DNA from: Octopus sinensis
Lineage: Eukaryota
Length of the DNA: 64,000 nt
NCBI RefSeq assembly: GCF_006345805.1
Contig: NC_043010.1
Location: 5,952,001 to 6,016,000 of the forward strand
Reading direction: 5' to 3'
Under the pieces are notes generated by a model. It was not told the origin of the DNA. It saw only the letters and a list, made by a program, of their open reading frames with translations, and ran no database searches. The translations under genes and the position numbers were made by a program. Shown here in pieces: positions 11,152 to 24,270 of the stretch (the first letter of the stretch is position 1; the number at the start of each line of letters is the position of its first letter).

Positions 11152-11583
11152 GGCTAGTCTTCAGTAATGTTAGCAACAGAGATAGTATGCGGATAACAAT
11201 AATGAAGTATATCAAACAAATGTTGCACCCTCAGTTTTCTTCTGCCAACTCCTGTAAGCATGTAAATTTAGATTTCATTAAGCAATTAGAAAATCATAAA
11301 ATTTACAGATATGATATAAATACATTAATAATTCCATAAACATACAGATCCATGTCAAAATCTCTGCATTGTCGTTCATCTGTCTGTCTCAAAGCATTTT
11401 CATCAATATTATGCACTCTCTCACATCTAACAATATTATGTAATCCTAGAAATATTAAGTAAAGGCGTTTTATCATGAGTTAAATCTTTTTGCATTAGAT
11501 TCTTTTACTCTTCAACAATTTCTGAACCATAATAATCTACAGGTCTGACATTATTTAATAGATGAGGAAAAAAAAATATTTAC

Positions 11584-12119
11584 GTAGGTGCAAGAGTGGC
11601 TGTGTGGTAAGTAGCTTGCTTACCAACCATGTGGTTCTGGGTTCAGTCCCACTGTGTGGCACCTTGGGCAAGTGTCTTCTACTATAGCTTCGGGCCGACC
11701 AAAGCTTTGTGAGTGGATTTGGTAGATGGAAACTGAAAGAAGCCCATCGTATTTATGTATGCATATATACGTTTGTGTGTGTGTATGTTTATGTATCTGT
11801 GTTTGTCCCCCCAACATCGCTTGACAACTGATGCTGGTGTGTTTACGTCTCCGTAACTTAGCAGTTCGGCAAAAGATACCGATAGAATAAGTACTGGGCT
11901 TACAAAAGAATAAGTCCTGGGGTATCTGTGTTTGTCCCCCCAACATTGCTTGACAACCGATGCTGGTGTGTTTACGTCCCCGTAACTTTGCGGTTCGGCA
12001 AAAGATACCGATAGAATAAGTACTAGGCTTACAAACAATAAGTCCTGGAGAGGATTTGATTGACTAGAGGCAGTGCTCCTGCATGGCCACAGTCAAATGA
12101 CTTAAACAAGTAAAAGAGT
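11584..12119 (+). mobile_element. SINE family B with an internal ~129-bp tandem duplication
   Basis: Family B head and tail; the segment starting GTATCTGTGTTTGTCCCC occurs at 11793 and 11922. Confidence 0.82.
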
Positions 12120-12851
12120 ATATGCAGGACTCATTTATTTCAAGTTGCCACCCATGTAAGTGGTAACTATACTCAAATTAATTCAACACACATGATATAT
12201 ACTTGAAGTTTTGACTTATAAATGAAAACTGTACAGTGCACGTGAATTTACTAAATGGAGATCATATTGTTAAGTGGATCATCTTGAGTGTCAAGGCAGT
12301 CACAACTTTTAAATAATATACTTATAAATGCCTTGTTGTCAACTGCAAAGCTTTTGTAGTTTGAACAATAATGAATTTGGCTTTTCAACAATCTGCTGAA
12401 AATGTACGGTAGAAATCTTTAAATTTTGTAGCCACACAAGATTACCAAATTAAAAATGAAAACGCAGTTATTTAAACTAAATGGTTTGAGTTACTGCCCT
12501 TCGATACTACCCTTGTGAAAAGAAAAAATATTTGTGATAAAACTCAGAGTCTTTGTAATTATCATATATTCATTCTAGTCACTGACAATTAACATTTTGA
12601 TTGCACTTAAAATTATTTTCTAATTATAGATTCACCCTCTTACACATAGTCAAACTTTCATTAATTCTAGAATTCTCTGGAACAAAAATGATAAATTCTG
12701 AAATTTAATGAAATTATACCTTCTCTATTATTTACTATACTTGATCGTACAATTTACATTCCATTGTAAGACTTCTGGAAATCATGATGAAATACAAATA
12801 TTAGAAAATTATTTTAAAATCTCACGAGAGATATTCAGCAACAGTACTTAA

Positions 12852-13166
12852 GAGTAAAGGTTGTTTGCCAACATTACATAGCAGTCCTGGCTTAGGACAA
12901 ATGTTACTGTAATTTAGCCCCAAGAGACATCGTCTCCAGCTGGCTATTCGACACAATCTGTGTCCTTATATTTTCGAACAAGGGAATCTAGCACCCCCAC
13001 TCAGCTCAAAACAACATCTCTGTATCTTGATTTCCAGGTTATTTTCCTTCATCAGCACAGATCATGTGGTATAACCAGCTGGAGGCGATGTCTCCTGGGG
13101 CTAAATTACAGCAACATTCGTCCTAAACCAGGACTGCCATGTTATGTTGGCAAACAACCTTTACTC
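12852..13166. mobile_element. Fold-back MITE with ~110-bp inverted arms
   Basis: 12852-12963 is the reverse complement of 13055-13166 with scattered mismatches. A decayed relative lies at ~32730-32815. Confidence 0.7.
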
Positions 13167-13322
13167 CAAATACAAATATGTTTGAAAAATTCTAATGATA
13201 ATAAGTAAACTATTGAATTACATCATTCTCTATGTAACGACAGATTTAACTTGTGAATAAATAAACCATTTGAAAAACATATAAAAGATTACACAAGAGA
13301 ATAAGTTCTAATAAGTACTTAC

Positions 13323-13565
13323 CATCAGTTGTTAGTTGTTTGTACTGGTGCAACTGCTCTATTTGAGTGTTCTGATTACAAAGTTATAGTAGCAGCAGCA
13401 GTTCTGAGTAGGTTGGTACGTGATAGTGCTATATAGCTCTATGAAGTTGGTCGTTAGTTAGTACGTCATGTTTGTTGTAGCCAATGACAAGCTGTCTATT
13501 AGTCCAATGCAAGGGAATGGAAATACAGCCTCCAGTTCTTGCAGTTAATAATGGTCTGACTCACA
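13323..13565 (-). promoter_or_regulatory. Promoter/leader exon of G1
   Basis: Conserved block: TGACTCA 13557-13563, GCCAATGACAAGCTGTC, donor GTAAGT at 13322; matching acceptor at 11252/11251. Confidence 0.7.
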
Positions 13566-14514
13566 GACTAGTTCACTTTCACCACATGCACATGTGTATG
13601 TATGTGTGTTAGAAGAATGTACACAAATGAATAAGGAAGAAAAGTTTAATATTCGGAATGGAGAGGATAGGCAATAAATTCAATATGGAAAATATCATTT
13701 CTCAATAATTATAGCATATTTTTTTTTTAAATCTGAGAAAACTGGTTTTAAAGACTAAGGTGTTACCCAATCTAAAACAGTTTTTTTTTTAATAAAATGA
13801 GTATAGAATATGTTCCTTTAAAAATAAAATTCATAAGTAGTTTAAAGCAATATTATAAAATAGCTACAAAATTATGTCAAGAAACTTTTGAAAAGGCGGT
13901 GCTCCAGCATGGCCACAGTCAAAAGGCGGTGCTCCAGCATGGCCAAGTAAAAGAGTGGCTATCAATAAACAAATGTGTGCTCAATTGGAATGTGGGAAAC
14001 AGAAATGTGGAAAACCCACTATTGCTCTTTTGAAATTAAAACTGCAATTTAATAGATTTTGTTAGAATAAACAATAATAACGAAGAATTTCCTAATGAAA
14101 AGAACAGAACTATTAGAAAACAACTAACTTGTACAAGTGCTAACTACTGCAGTGGAATATGGATTAAATCTCTGATTTCAAGAAAAACATTAACATTTAG
14201 TATTCTGGGAAAATGTTGACTGAGAATATACAATATTACAAGAATATGATTGTAAGGTTTGAGAAGATTACAATTCCAAGCAGGAGATATACAGAAACAT
14301 TAGAATATTGGACGAAATGTCTGCATAATTTAGTCAAGATTATTTTACACTGAGTTCAAATTGCAATGTGGTTATCTTTAACATAACATTGGTAGAAAAG
14401 ATGAAATGCAAAATAGAGATCAAAAAATATAGTTGATTTAACCTCTAGCAGACAGTGGTAGGGGGAAACAATTCTAGAGTAAATGCAGAATGCTAAAGGT
14501 TAATGTTCCTTTAA

Positions 14515-14855
14515 CCCTTTCATTACTGTATTTTGAGATGCTTTGTGTTTCTTTCAATTAGTCTAAATATAACAAAGAATGTAATAAAATAATTTAGTTA
14601 TCATTAAGCTAGTGTTAGGGACACAAATTGTGACTAAGGTTTGGTGGAAGATTTTAATTCAAAACTTATGAAAACAAGACAATAGGCGTAGGAGTGGCTG
14701 TGTGGTAAGTAGCTTGCTAACCAACCACATGGTTCCGGGTTCAGTCCCACTGCATGGCAACTTGGGCAAGTGTCTTCTACTATAGCCTCGGGCCGACCAG
14801 AGCCTTGTGAGTGGATTTGGTAGGTGGAAACTGAAAGAAGCCCGTCGTATGTATG

Positions 14856-14900
<45 letters not shown>

Positions 14901-15164
14901 TTGTGTCTGTGTTTGTCCTCCTAGCATTGTTTGACAACCGATGCTGGTATGTTAATGTACCCGCTACTTAGCGGTTCGGCAAAAGACACCGATAGAATAA
15001 GTACTGGGCTTACAAAGAATAAGTCGTGGGGTCGATTTGCTCGATTGAAGGCGGTGCTCCAGCATGGCCGCAGTCAAATGACTGAAACAAGTAAAAGAGT
15101 AAAGAGTAAGACATTTGTATTACAGAGCTAGGGCTGGTTTCAGCCGGGGTTGGTAACGAAAGGG
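14515..15164. mobile_element. piggyBac-like MITE interrupted by a SINE
   Basis: TTAA|CCCTTTCATTAC ... GTAACGAAAGGG|TTAA. Confidence 0.65.
14682..15107 (+). mobile_element. SINE family B nested in the MITE
   Basis: Family B sequence with (TA)n at ~14859-14898; TSD AAGACA at 14676-14681 and 15108-15113. Confidence 0.85.
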
Positions 15165-15331
15165 TTAAGACTATAACGGGAGATGAAGAAAATTAAATCT
15201 AATAGTCACACATCATCGATAAATGTTCGATTGTGAGGAAAAAAAAAAACATTGCTATGACATTTTCCATACAGTGAATCTATTGCCAATGTTATGTAAT
15301 AATGGTTTGTTATGTTGTTGAAATTATGCTA

Positions 15332-18300
15332 TTAGACATCTGTTGCAGATAGAGAAGGTACCTGAAGTACTGTAGGTACCTTTGGTAGAGTTGTTACTTT
15401 AGGTACAGGCGGTAGAGGTGGTTTACAGTCTGAAGAAAAGTCACTTGTCATTGGTACGGTAGATGGTTGTTCACTTATGTCAGATGTGGTACCAGTTACT
15501 GTAAAAGGTATTTGGTCATGATCACAGGAAGTGTTAATATCAACGTTAGGCTGGTAATGGTATCCATTGTGATTATCTCCCCTTGATCTGTTCAATGTGT
15601 TTGAAAAATTGGGATTTCTCCTATTCCATGTACGGTCACATTGATAGCGGCACAGATCTAGAAATATCCAGATGTGAATGAAGTTAAAACGCAAGAAGAA
15701 AATAAAAATAACCCTTACATCTGTTTTATACACAAAATAATTAAACATCTATGTAGTATTCTATTGTGTCTGGGGAGAGTCATTTTCTTTTTGTGCCTTA
15801 TTGTGTAACACACTCACCGGTAAAATTGTCCTAAATAATAAGGCACAAAAAGAAAATGACTCTCTCCAGACACAGTAGAGTATGCTTCAACGCACGAACT
15901 CATAAAGAATCTTGCAAACCAAATCCAAAAACGAAATCTATGTAGTACTTGTATTGCTAATCAAAGCTTTGATATAATGACCTACCATGAAGAAAGAATT
16001 ATATTCCTGTGAATGCGATTTATTAAGATTTTTCTCTTGGTTATAGTCAGATTCAGGAAAAGATTTTGGAAGTAAAATCTATTTGCAACAGACTGATAGA
16101 ACATTTCAGGTAACAGCCTTGATGACAAAGGACAGAGGTATGGAAAACATTGCTGAAATCAAGAAGACCACCACAATCCAATTGATATCTTAAAACCAAG
16201 GTGCCACGTAAAAAGCATTGCTGCTAGGGCAACACAAAAAGCATTGGTGCTGGTGCCACATAAAAATTACTGGTGCCACATAAAATGTACTGGTGCCACA
16301 AAGTGCACTGGTGCTGGTGCCACATGAAAATTACTGGTGCCACAAAATGCACTGGTGCTGGTGCCACATAAAATGTACTGGTGCCACAAAGTGCACTGGT
16401 GCTGGTGCCACATAAAAATTACTGGTGCCACGTAAAATGCACTGGTGCTGGTGCCACATAAAATGTACTGGTGCCACAAAGTGCACTGGTGCTGGTGCCA
16501 CATAAAAATTACTGGTGCCACGTAAAATGCACTGGTGCTGGTGCCACATAAAAATTACTGGTGCCACGTAAAATGCACTGGTGCTGGTGCCACATAAAAA
16601 TTACTGGTGCCACGTAAAATGCACTGGTGCTGGTGCCACATAAAATGTACTGGTGCCACAAAGTGCACTGGTGCTGGTGCCACATGAAAAGTACTGGTGC
16701 CATGTAAAAATTACTGGTGCCACGTAAAATGCACTGGTGCTGGTGCCACATAAAAATTACTGGTGCCACGTAAAATGCACTGGTGCTGGTGCCACATAAA
16801 ATGTACTGGTGCCACAAAGTGCACTGGTGCTGGTGCCACATAAAAATTACTGGTGCCACGTAAAATGCACTGGTGCTGGTGCCACATAAAATGTACTGGT
16901 GCCACAAAGTGCACTGGTGCTGGTGCCACATAAAAATTACTGGTGCCACGTAAAATGCACTGGTGCTGGTGCCACATAAAATGTACTGGTGCCACAAAGT
17001 GCACTGGTGCTGGTGCCACATAAAAATTACTGGTGCCACGTAAAATGCACTGGTGCTGGTGCCACATAAAAATTACTGGTGCCACGTAAAATGCACTGGT
17101 GCTGGTGCCACATAAAAATTACTGGTGCCACGTAAAATGCACTGGTGCTGGTGCCACATAAAATGTACTGGTGCCACAAAGTGCACTGGTGCTGGTGCCA
17201 CATGAAAAGTACTGGTGCCATGTAAAAATTACTGGTGCCACGTAAAATGCACTGGTGCTGGTGCCACATAAAAATTACTGGTGCCACGTAAAATGCACTG
17301 GTGCTGGTGCCACATAAAATGTACTGGTGCCACAAAGTGCACTGGTGCTGGTGCCACATAAAAATTACTGGTGCCACGTAAAATGCACTGGTGCTGGTGC
17401 CACATAAAAATTACTGGTGCCACGTAAAATGCACTGGTGCTGGTGCCACATAAAAATTACTGGTGCCACGTAAAATGCACTGGTGCTGGTGCCACATAAA
17501 ATGTACTGGTGCCACAAAGTGCACTGGTGCTGGTGCCACATGAAAAGTACTGGTGCCATGTAAAAATTACTGGTGCCACGTAAAATGCACTGGTGCTGGT
17601 GCCACATAAAAATTACTGGTGCCACGTAACATGCACTGGTGCTGGTGCCACATAAAAATTACTGGTGCCACAAAGTGCACTGGTGCTGGTGCCACATGAA
17701 AAGTACTGGTGCCACGTAAAAAGTACTGGTGCTGGGGCCACGTAAAAAGTACTGAGTCCACTCTGTGGGGTGGTTGGTGTTAGGAAGAGCAACAGGCCAT
17801 AAAATCCTTTACCAAAAGAGACCCAGCAGCCTTGGGTAGGTTTTTTACTGGCTCCCGTCAACTGTCCTACCCATGCATGCATGGAAGATGGACATTAAAC
17901 GATGATGATGATGAATTTTAAACAGGTGGAAAAAAACTGTGGCTATGTATTTTGTCCTACAAGGTAGCAGTTCTGTCTGCTCACCTTTTCATTAATTTAG
18001 AAATAATAAAAGGTAATTTAATCAGGATTCAAACCACTTTATATGAAGCAATATTGTCTCAATACAAAATGATATCTCTGTACTAAACGTAGACATATCA
18101 TATTTTGATGAATACTTATCAGAGTAGGGCTGTATGGTTGAGATGCATGCCTCACAATCTCACAGTTCTGGGTTCAGTTCTGCATTGTGGCACTTGAGTA
18201 AGTGCCTTCTATTACTGGTATATACCAAGTAATGCACTGTGAACGGATTTGATAGAGAGAAACTATACGAAAGCAACAATGTTTATGTGAGTGTGACAAT

Positions 18301-21300
18301 GCTTACATTCTGCACTGAGGTGCTTTAGAGTGCCAGTTGTTGATATTTTCCTATCAACAAGTCTGGCAGTTCTGTACTCACGAAGACAAGAGGAAGGAAA
18401 ATTCCCTTATATGAAAAGTGGGTAAGTATTAATGTAAGGTACAAACAGTCAACATAAAACAATTCCCAATGCCACATAGATAGTACTGTAGTGAGGTCAT
18501 GTAAAAAGCCCCTTTGCTGATGCCACGTAAAAAGCTCCTGCACAGGTGCCACATAAAGAGCACCTGTGCTGATGCCATGTAAATAGCACCTGTGCCAGTG
18601 CCATGGAAAAAAAGCACTTATGCCAGTGCTATGTGAAAGCACCTGTCCCTGTGCTGCAAAAATACCACCTGTGCCGGTGCCACATAGAAAGCACCTGTGC
18701 AGGTGTACTGTTAAAAGTACCTGCGCTGGTGCCACAAAAAAGGCACCTGTGCCAGTGCCACAAAAAAAAAGCCCCTGTGCTGGTGCCACAAAAAAGGCAC
18801 CTGTGCCAGTGCCACAAAAAAAAGCCCCTGTTCTGGTGTCACAAAAAAGGCACCTGTGCCGGTGCCACAAAAAAAAGCCCCTGTGCTGGTGCCACAAAAA
18901 AGGCACCTGTGCCAGTGCCACAAAAAAAAAACCCTGTGCCAGTACCATGTATATAGCCCCTGTGCTGGTGCCACATAAAAACCACCTATGCTGATTCCAC
19001 ATAGAAAACAGCTTTACGAGTGTCATGTAAAAGTACATATACTGCTGCCATGTGAAAAGCACCCAGTACACACATTAAAGTGGTTAGCATTAGAAAGGGC
19101 AGCCAGCTGTAGAAACCAAGCCGAAACACATGACTGGAACCTGGTGCAGCTCTCCAGTTCTAGCCAAACCATCCAACCCATGCCAGCATGCAAAACATAT
19201 GTGTGTATTATCTGACACATGCTACAATGGAAAAAAGTGAACATTAAACAGACTGAAAGATGTATATTCGAGGTTTTACGTTATCATAAAACATCTCCTC
19301 ACATTTCAATATTCAATTCAAATACCTCTTGCTTTTGAAGAAATTTTGGGGATTTTTATTACTGACCTGGCAGTTCCTCGTAATGTCCAGCACTACCGAC
19401 ACTCCAACCATGACCACTATCAGTGTGAGATGACAATGTTGACATTTCACTGAATTGGTCAGCACCATTTAGTTCTCTGTAACCAGGAGGGATGCTTTCT
19501 TCTCTTGGAATAAACATCTGGAAAAATTTATTGCAGAGTGCAGTATACAATTACAATAATAAGAAGGATTCTAATAATCTAATATGGTGTTTCGTATTTA
19601 GCATTAGAATATTTTAAGTTATGAAATTATGAAGAACATTCTGTAATACTTATTTCTCCAAGATAAACTATGCACAAAAGCAGAATTTTCCCTGAAAGAT
19701 TTCCAAACACATGAAAATTTATGAACTCACCAGTTGTTTTCTTGAAGTTAGATCATCCCATCTATCAGCTGACATAGTTCTGCAGTAAATATTTTCCCTG
19801 TCTTCAATTGGTTGTTGAGGTTTCTTCAGATTTCTCTCCATTGTGCACTGAACTCCAGGAGGAACACAGGTAGGATCAAATATATATTTTGATTGGATGT
19901 TTAATGCAGGTGTAACCTTGTGGTACATATCAACACTGTTGTTATAGTTGTTGTCTGTCTGCTTCAGTCTATGAACTATACAGATCGATATAGAGATCAC
20001 TATGACAACTGATACGATCACAGCTGCTACAACAATAACAATCATCACATTCAATTGGAGACCATTACTTGATTCTGTTGTTGTCTTTGAAGGGGTCTTA
20101 AATATCTTTGATGTGCTGTTACTAACTGTTAGAGTCAAAGACAAAGTTGTTGTCGATGACAGAACTGGACTGCCACTGTCTTTCACACCTAATTCCAGTT
20201 CATAGAATCCAGCATCATTTTGGTAAAGTGAGCGAGAGAAAGATAAGACACCAGAGTGATGGTTCATTTGAAATAAGTGTTTCTCATTACCTCTGAGTAT
20301 TTCATATGTGAGGAAGGCATTGTGTTGGCTGTCTCTGTCAGAGGCCCTAACAACTGTGATATCCTGGTCAGAGTGGGGATGGTAGTGGACATTAAGACTG
20401 AAAGGGTCAACATTAGGGAAACTGAAATAGGGAGCATTATCATTTAAATCCATAACCTCAACAACAACATTTGCTCTCTTCTCCAGTGATGGTGTTCCTT
20501 TATCTTTTACTAAAACCTTAAACTCATACAGGTTCTTTTCTTCTCTGTCTAGGGACTCAGTTGTGGAAATGAATCCCACATCAGATATCTGAAATGGTAG
20601 AATATCTTTTCCATTAGATAATAGAGAATAGGTTAATTGTCCTCCATCTCCAATATCTGGGTCTGTGGCATTGACATATCCAACAGAGAAGTCTTTGTGT
20701 TCGTTTTCATAGGTGAGAAACTTAAATATGTCCTGACTAAACTGAGGTTGTACATCATTTATGTCAGTGACCAGCACAGAAAACTGTTTCTCTACTTTCA
20801 ATGGAGGTAAACCATTATCTTGACATTTAATGGTGAAATTAAAGCTCTTCTCACTCTCTCTATCTATTTCACTCTTGACAACAACTTTGTATTTCTTTTC
20901 AGAAATTAAAATTAGCTGAAGATATTTATTATGTAAATGACAGTTCACTTGTCCATTTTTTCCACCGTCACTGTCAGTAATTTTGACATAAGCAACAAAA
21001 CTGCCAATTTTAGATGCTTCTGAGATGACTGCTGTGTTTCCAGTTGACTCTATAACAAATTTGACATCGATTTTGGGAGGATTGTTAAGATGACTGATTC
21101 CAGTTACAAGAACAGTGGCAGCTGAGGACATTGGTGGGTTACCATTATCCCTAGCTTCAACATACAATTTATATATCCTTCCAAATTGGAATTCTTTCTT
21201 TAGAAACAAATATCCAGTTACTTCATCTAATCTGAAAAACTGTTCAGTATATTTTGATGTTATGGCATTGAAAAAATAAGATATTAATCCATTTTCTCCT

Positions 21301-22115
21301 TCATCTAAATCTGTAGCCGACAGCTTTGCAATCGGTTTGTTTAACTGGTGTGTGTCATTTACAGTGACATTATAATTCTTCTGAGAGAACAAAGGTTTAT
21401 TGTCATTTATATCCTTAACTAATATTTTTATATGAAGTACACCTTCTTTCTGTGGTGATCCATTATCTCTGGCAATTAGCTGAATTTCATAAATGCTTTT
21501 TGTCTCACGATCTAAGACGTTTTCGAGGTTTAGCTGCAATAAATCAGATCCATCCAACTCTTTAGAAACAATCAATTTAAAAGGAGTATTTAAATCTTCA
21601 ATCTCATAAGTGATTCTGGAATTCTGAATACTGACATCATTATCAATGGCATTTGGAATTATATACTTCGTTCCTATTGAATCATTTTCATCAAATTTTA
21701 AATGAAATTCCTCATTTGGAAACTTGGGAGAATTATCATTGACATCTTCTATTATAACTTTGATTTCTATTATCTTGAGAAAGGAATGGTCATGTTGAAC
21801 AGCTATTTCCAATATTCTGAAACATTCCACATCATATTGACACAGAATCTCTGCATCCAATATGGCAGCAGTGTATATTTGTCCTCCAGGTGTAACATTA
21901 AACAACTGAACATCTCCATCATTACCACCCTGGAGTATATTAAATGTCAGTTTGTTACTATCATCCTGAGACTGAATATTATGTAGTAAGTGTGCATCAG
22001 TGACAATATTTCCAATATAGCTGTGTATATCATTGTTCTCTTTCACATGGTAGGTATGATCCACACACCAGGAGTTGTCAGCCATCAACAACACCAACAT
22101 AACTATATATAACAT
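15332..22115 (-). CDS. Pcdh: Protocadherin G2, join(complement 19731..22115, 19367..19517, 15332..15657), 953 aa
   Basis: Same domain layout. The first ATG is at 22115 (GCCATG); the track start at 22130 is TTG. Donors GTGAGT (19730) and GTCAGT (19366); acceptors at 19517 and 15657. Lengths 2385+151+326 are in frame; ends ATDV-stop. Confidence 0.93.
16199..17913 (+). repeat. ~1.5-kb minisatellite array inside a (GAT)n-tailed retroposon
   Basis: Units TGGTGCCACATAAAAATTAC (20), TGGTGCCACGTAAAATGCACTGGTGC (26), TGGTGCCACATAAAATGTAC (20) and TGGTGCCACAAAGTGCACTGGTGC (24) form 46/44/90-bp higher-order repeats, followed by the retroposon 3' end and (GAT)4. Confidence 0.9.
18465..19200 (+). repeat. 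Second minisatellite-expanded copy of the same retroposon
   Basis: Degenerate GTGCCACAAAAAAAGGCACCTGTGCCA units followed by AAGTGGTTAGCATTAGAAAGGGC...CCAACCCATGCCAGCATG. Confidence 0.8.
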
Positions 22116-22336
22116 GGCTACAGTCTTCAAGTCTGTTGCAGGGAAATATATATGTAATGTTCCTAGAAACTTTCAAAGATTTGTGACTTCTTGGATTTTC
22201 TTCTGTTGCCTCCTGCAAACCTGTAAAAACATATAAACTTATTATGCATAAGAAAGGATGTAGTAATCAAGAAAAGGCATATAATTTCTAACTGTAATTA
22301 ATGAGATATTTTATGATAGAATTAGAAATTATGCAA

Positions 22337-22733
22337 AGGAGTGGCTGTGTGGTAAGTAGCTTGTTTACCAACCACATGGTTCCGGGTTCAGTCCCACTGT
22401 GTGGCACCTTGGGCAAGTGTCTTCTACTATAGCCTCGGGCCGACCAAAGCCTTGTGAGTGGATTTGGTAGACGGAAACTGAAAGAAGCCTGTCGTATATA
22501 TGTATGTATGTATGTGCGTGTATGTTTGTGTGTCTGTGTTTGTTCCCCTAGCATTGCTTGACAACCGATGCTGGTGTGTTTATGTCCCCGTTACATAGCG
22601 GTTTGGCAAAAGAGACCGATAGAATAAGTACTGGACTTACAAAGAATAAGTCCCAGTGTCGTGTTGCTCGATGCAAAGGCGGTGCTCCAGCATGGCCGCA
22701 GTCAAAATGACTGAAACAAGTAAAAAAAGAGAA
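22337..22733 (+). mobile_element. SINE family B
   Basis: Full-length family B sequence. Confidence 0.82.
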
Positions 22734-23205
22734 AGGTGGCAAGGTGGAAAGAATCAAGGTGGAAACACACCAGACAAAATGATTAGCAGTATTTTGTTCA
22801 TCTTTACATTCCAAGTTCAAATTCTTGCATAGTCAACTTTGTCTTTCATCCTTTCGGGATTGATAAAATCAATACCCATTGAACAGTACAGCTGATGGAA
22901 TTGATTTACCAAAATGGACTCAACTCATTTAGTCTTGTCTTTCTGATTCATATTAAACCAACACACTGGATGGTGGAGATCAAGGATGCCATTTGGTTAA
23001 ACACATCACTTGAATCTTTTTATCAAACACTTGTTTCAGTCATTAGAGAGCGGCCATGCTGTGGCACTGGCCTGATAACATATTCTCTCTTTACGACCGT
23101 AGTACTCCCCAACCGTTTTATTCCAAAAGTTAAGTTGCAGAACGTTTATAATGAGTCTCTGTTTCATTGATATTATTCGTTTTTAAGACTCATACTTATT
23201 GAGTC

Positions 23206-23496
23206 GTGGAGGCGCAATGGCACAGTGGTTAGGGCAGCGGACTCGCGGTCATAGGATGGCAGTGGATGGTGGTGATCCTTGCTGTACTCTTTCACCACAA
23301 CTTTCTCTCACTCTTACTTCCTGTTTCTGTTGTACCTGTATTTCAAAGGGCCGGCCTTGTCACTCTCTGTGTCACACTAAGGGTGCACGTGTCTGTGGAG
23401 TGCTCAGCCACTTGCACGTTAATTCCACGAGCAGGCTGTTCCGTTGATTCGGATCAACCGGAACCCTCATCGTCGTAACCGACGGAGTGCTTCTAC
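23206..23496 (+). mobile_element. tRNA-derived SINE, family C
   Basis: GGAGGCGCAATGGCACAGTGGTTAGGGCAGCGGACTCGCGG head; 11-bp TSD CTTATTGAGTC at 23195-23205 and 23497-23507; empty site in paralogs (~43818). Confidence 0.8.
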
Positions 23497-24031
23497 CTTA
23501 TTGAGTCACATTCTGTGATTAGTTATTTAGAAAAAAAAAAAATTCAGAAATATGACAACAAAATGAGTTGTTCCCCTTTAATATTGACCTACAAAAAATA
23601 CGAAACCAAGCAATAATTGCCAAAATAGCCTGAGCTGAAGAGATAATTTCCTTCATTACATCCACCTTCTAATTACAGATATTTAACCATTCTGTTATAT
23701 TTAACATCATTCTCTCATTAAACATTAGCTATTCTAATCATAGCCAAACCTCCAGTAATTCCAGAATTTACAGTAAGAGTTAAATTACAATTTTTTTAAT
23801 TTAGTGAAATTATAGCTTTCCTAAAATTTACTATTCTAGATGGTCTTCGAGAAAATACCATTTGTATTCCAGATTTGATATCTGGGAATCATGATGAGGT
23901 ACAAATATCTGAATAGAATAATATTCTATTATTACATCCTGTCTGTACCAGTAGAATGAACTTGTGAATAAATAAAAGTTTAAAAACATATAAAAGATTA
24001 CACAAGAGAATAAGTTCTAATAAGTACTTAC

Positions 24032-24270
24032 CAACAGGTATTAGTTATTTATATAGTTGTTGCTGTGCTGTTTCAGGGTTTTGGTAACAAAGTTATATCA
24101 GTAGCAGAAGTTCTGAGTAGTTTGGTATGTGACAGTGTTATGTAGTTCTATGGAGTTGGTTGTGTAGTATGTAATGTGTGTTGTAGCCAATGACAAGCTG
24201 TCTTTTATTCCAATGCAAGGAAACGGAAATACAGCCTCCAACTTTTGCAGTTAATGATGGGCTGACTCAC
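24032..24270 (-). promoter_or_regulatory. Promoter/leader exon of G2
   Basis: Conserved block; donor at 24031; acceptor ttacag before 22220. Confidence 0.7.

Noticed and set aside
13893-13950. Direct repeat AAAAGGCGGTGCTCCAGCATGGCC x2 upstream of the G1 promoter
   Set aside because: Both are fragments of the SINE B tail; no evidence of regulatory function.
16267-19071. Many overlapping ORFs rich in MAPV/WHQ/CGTST (also 42-591)
   Set aside because: Translations of stop-poor minisatellites, open in several frames on both strands. Not CRISPR either: no unique spacers, and the genome is eukaryotic.
22116-22130. N-terminal extensions MKTVA (G2) and MRTEA (G3, 31400-31414)
   Set aside because: The track starts are TTG codons; the first ATG aligns with the ATG of the paralogs.
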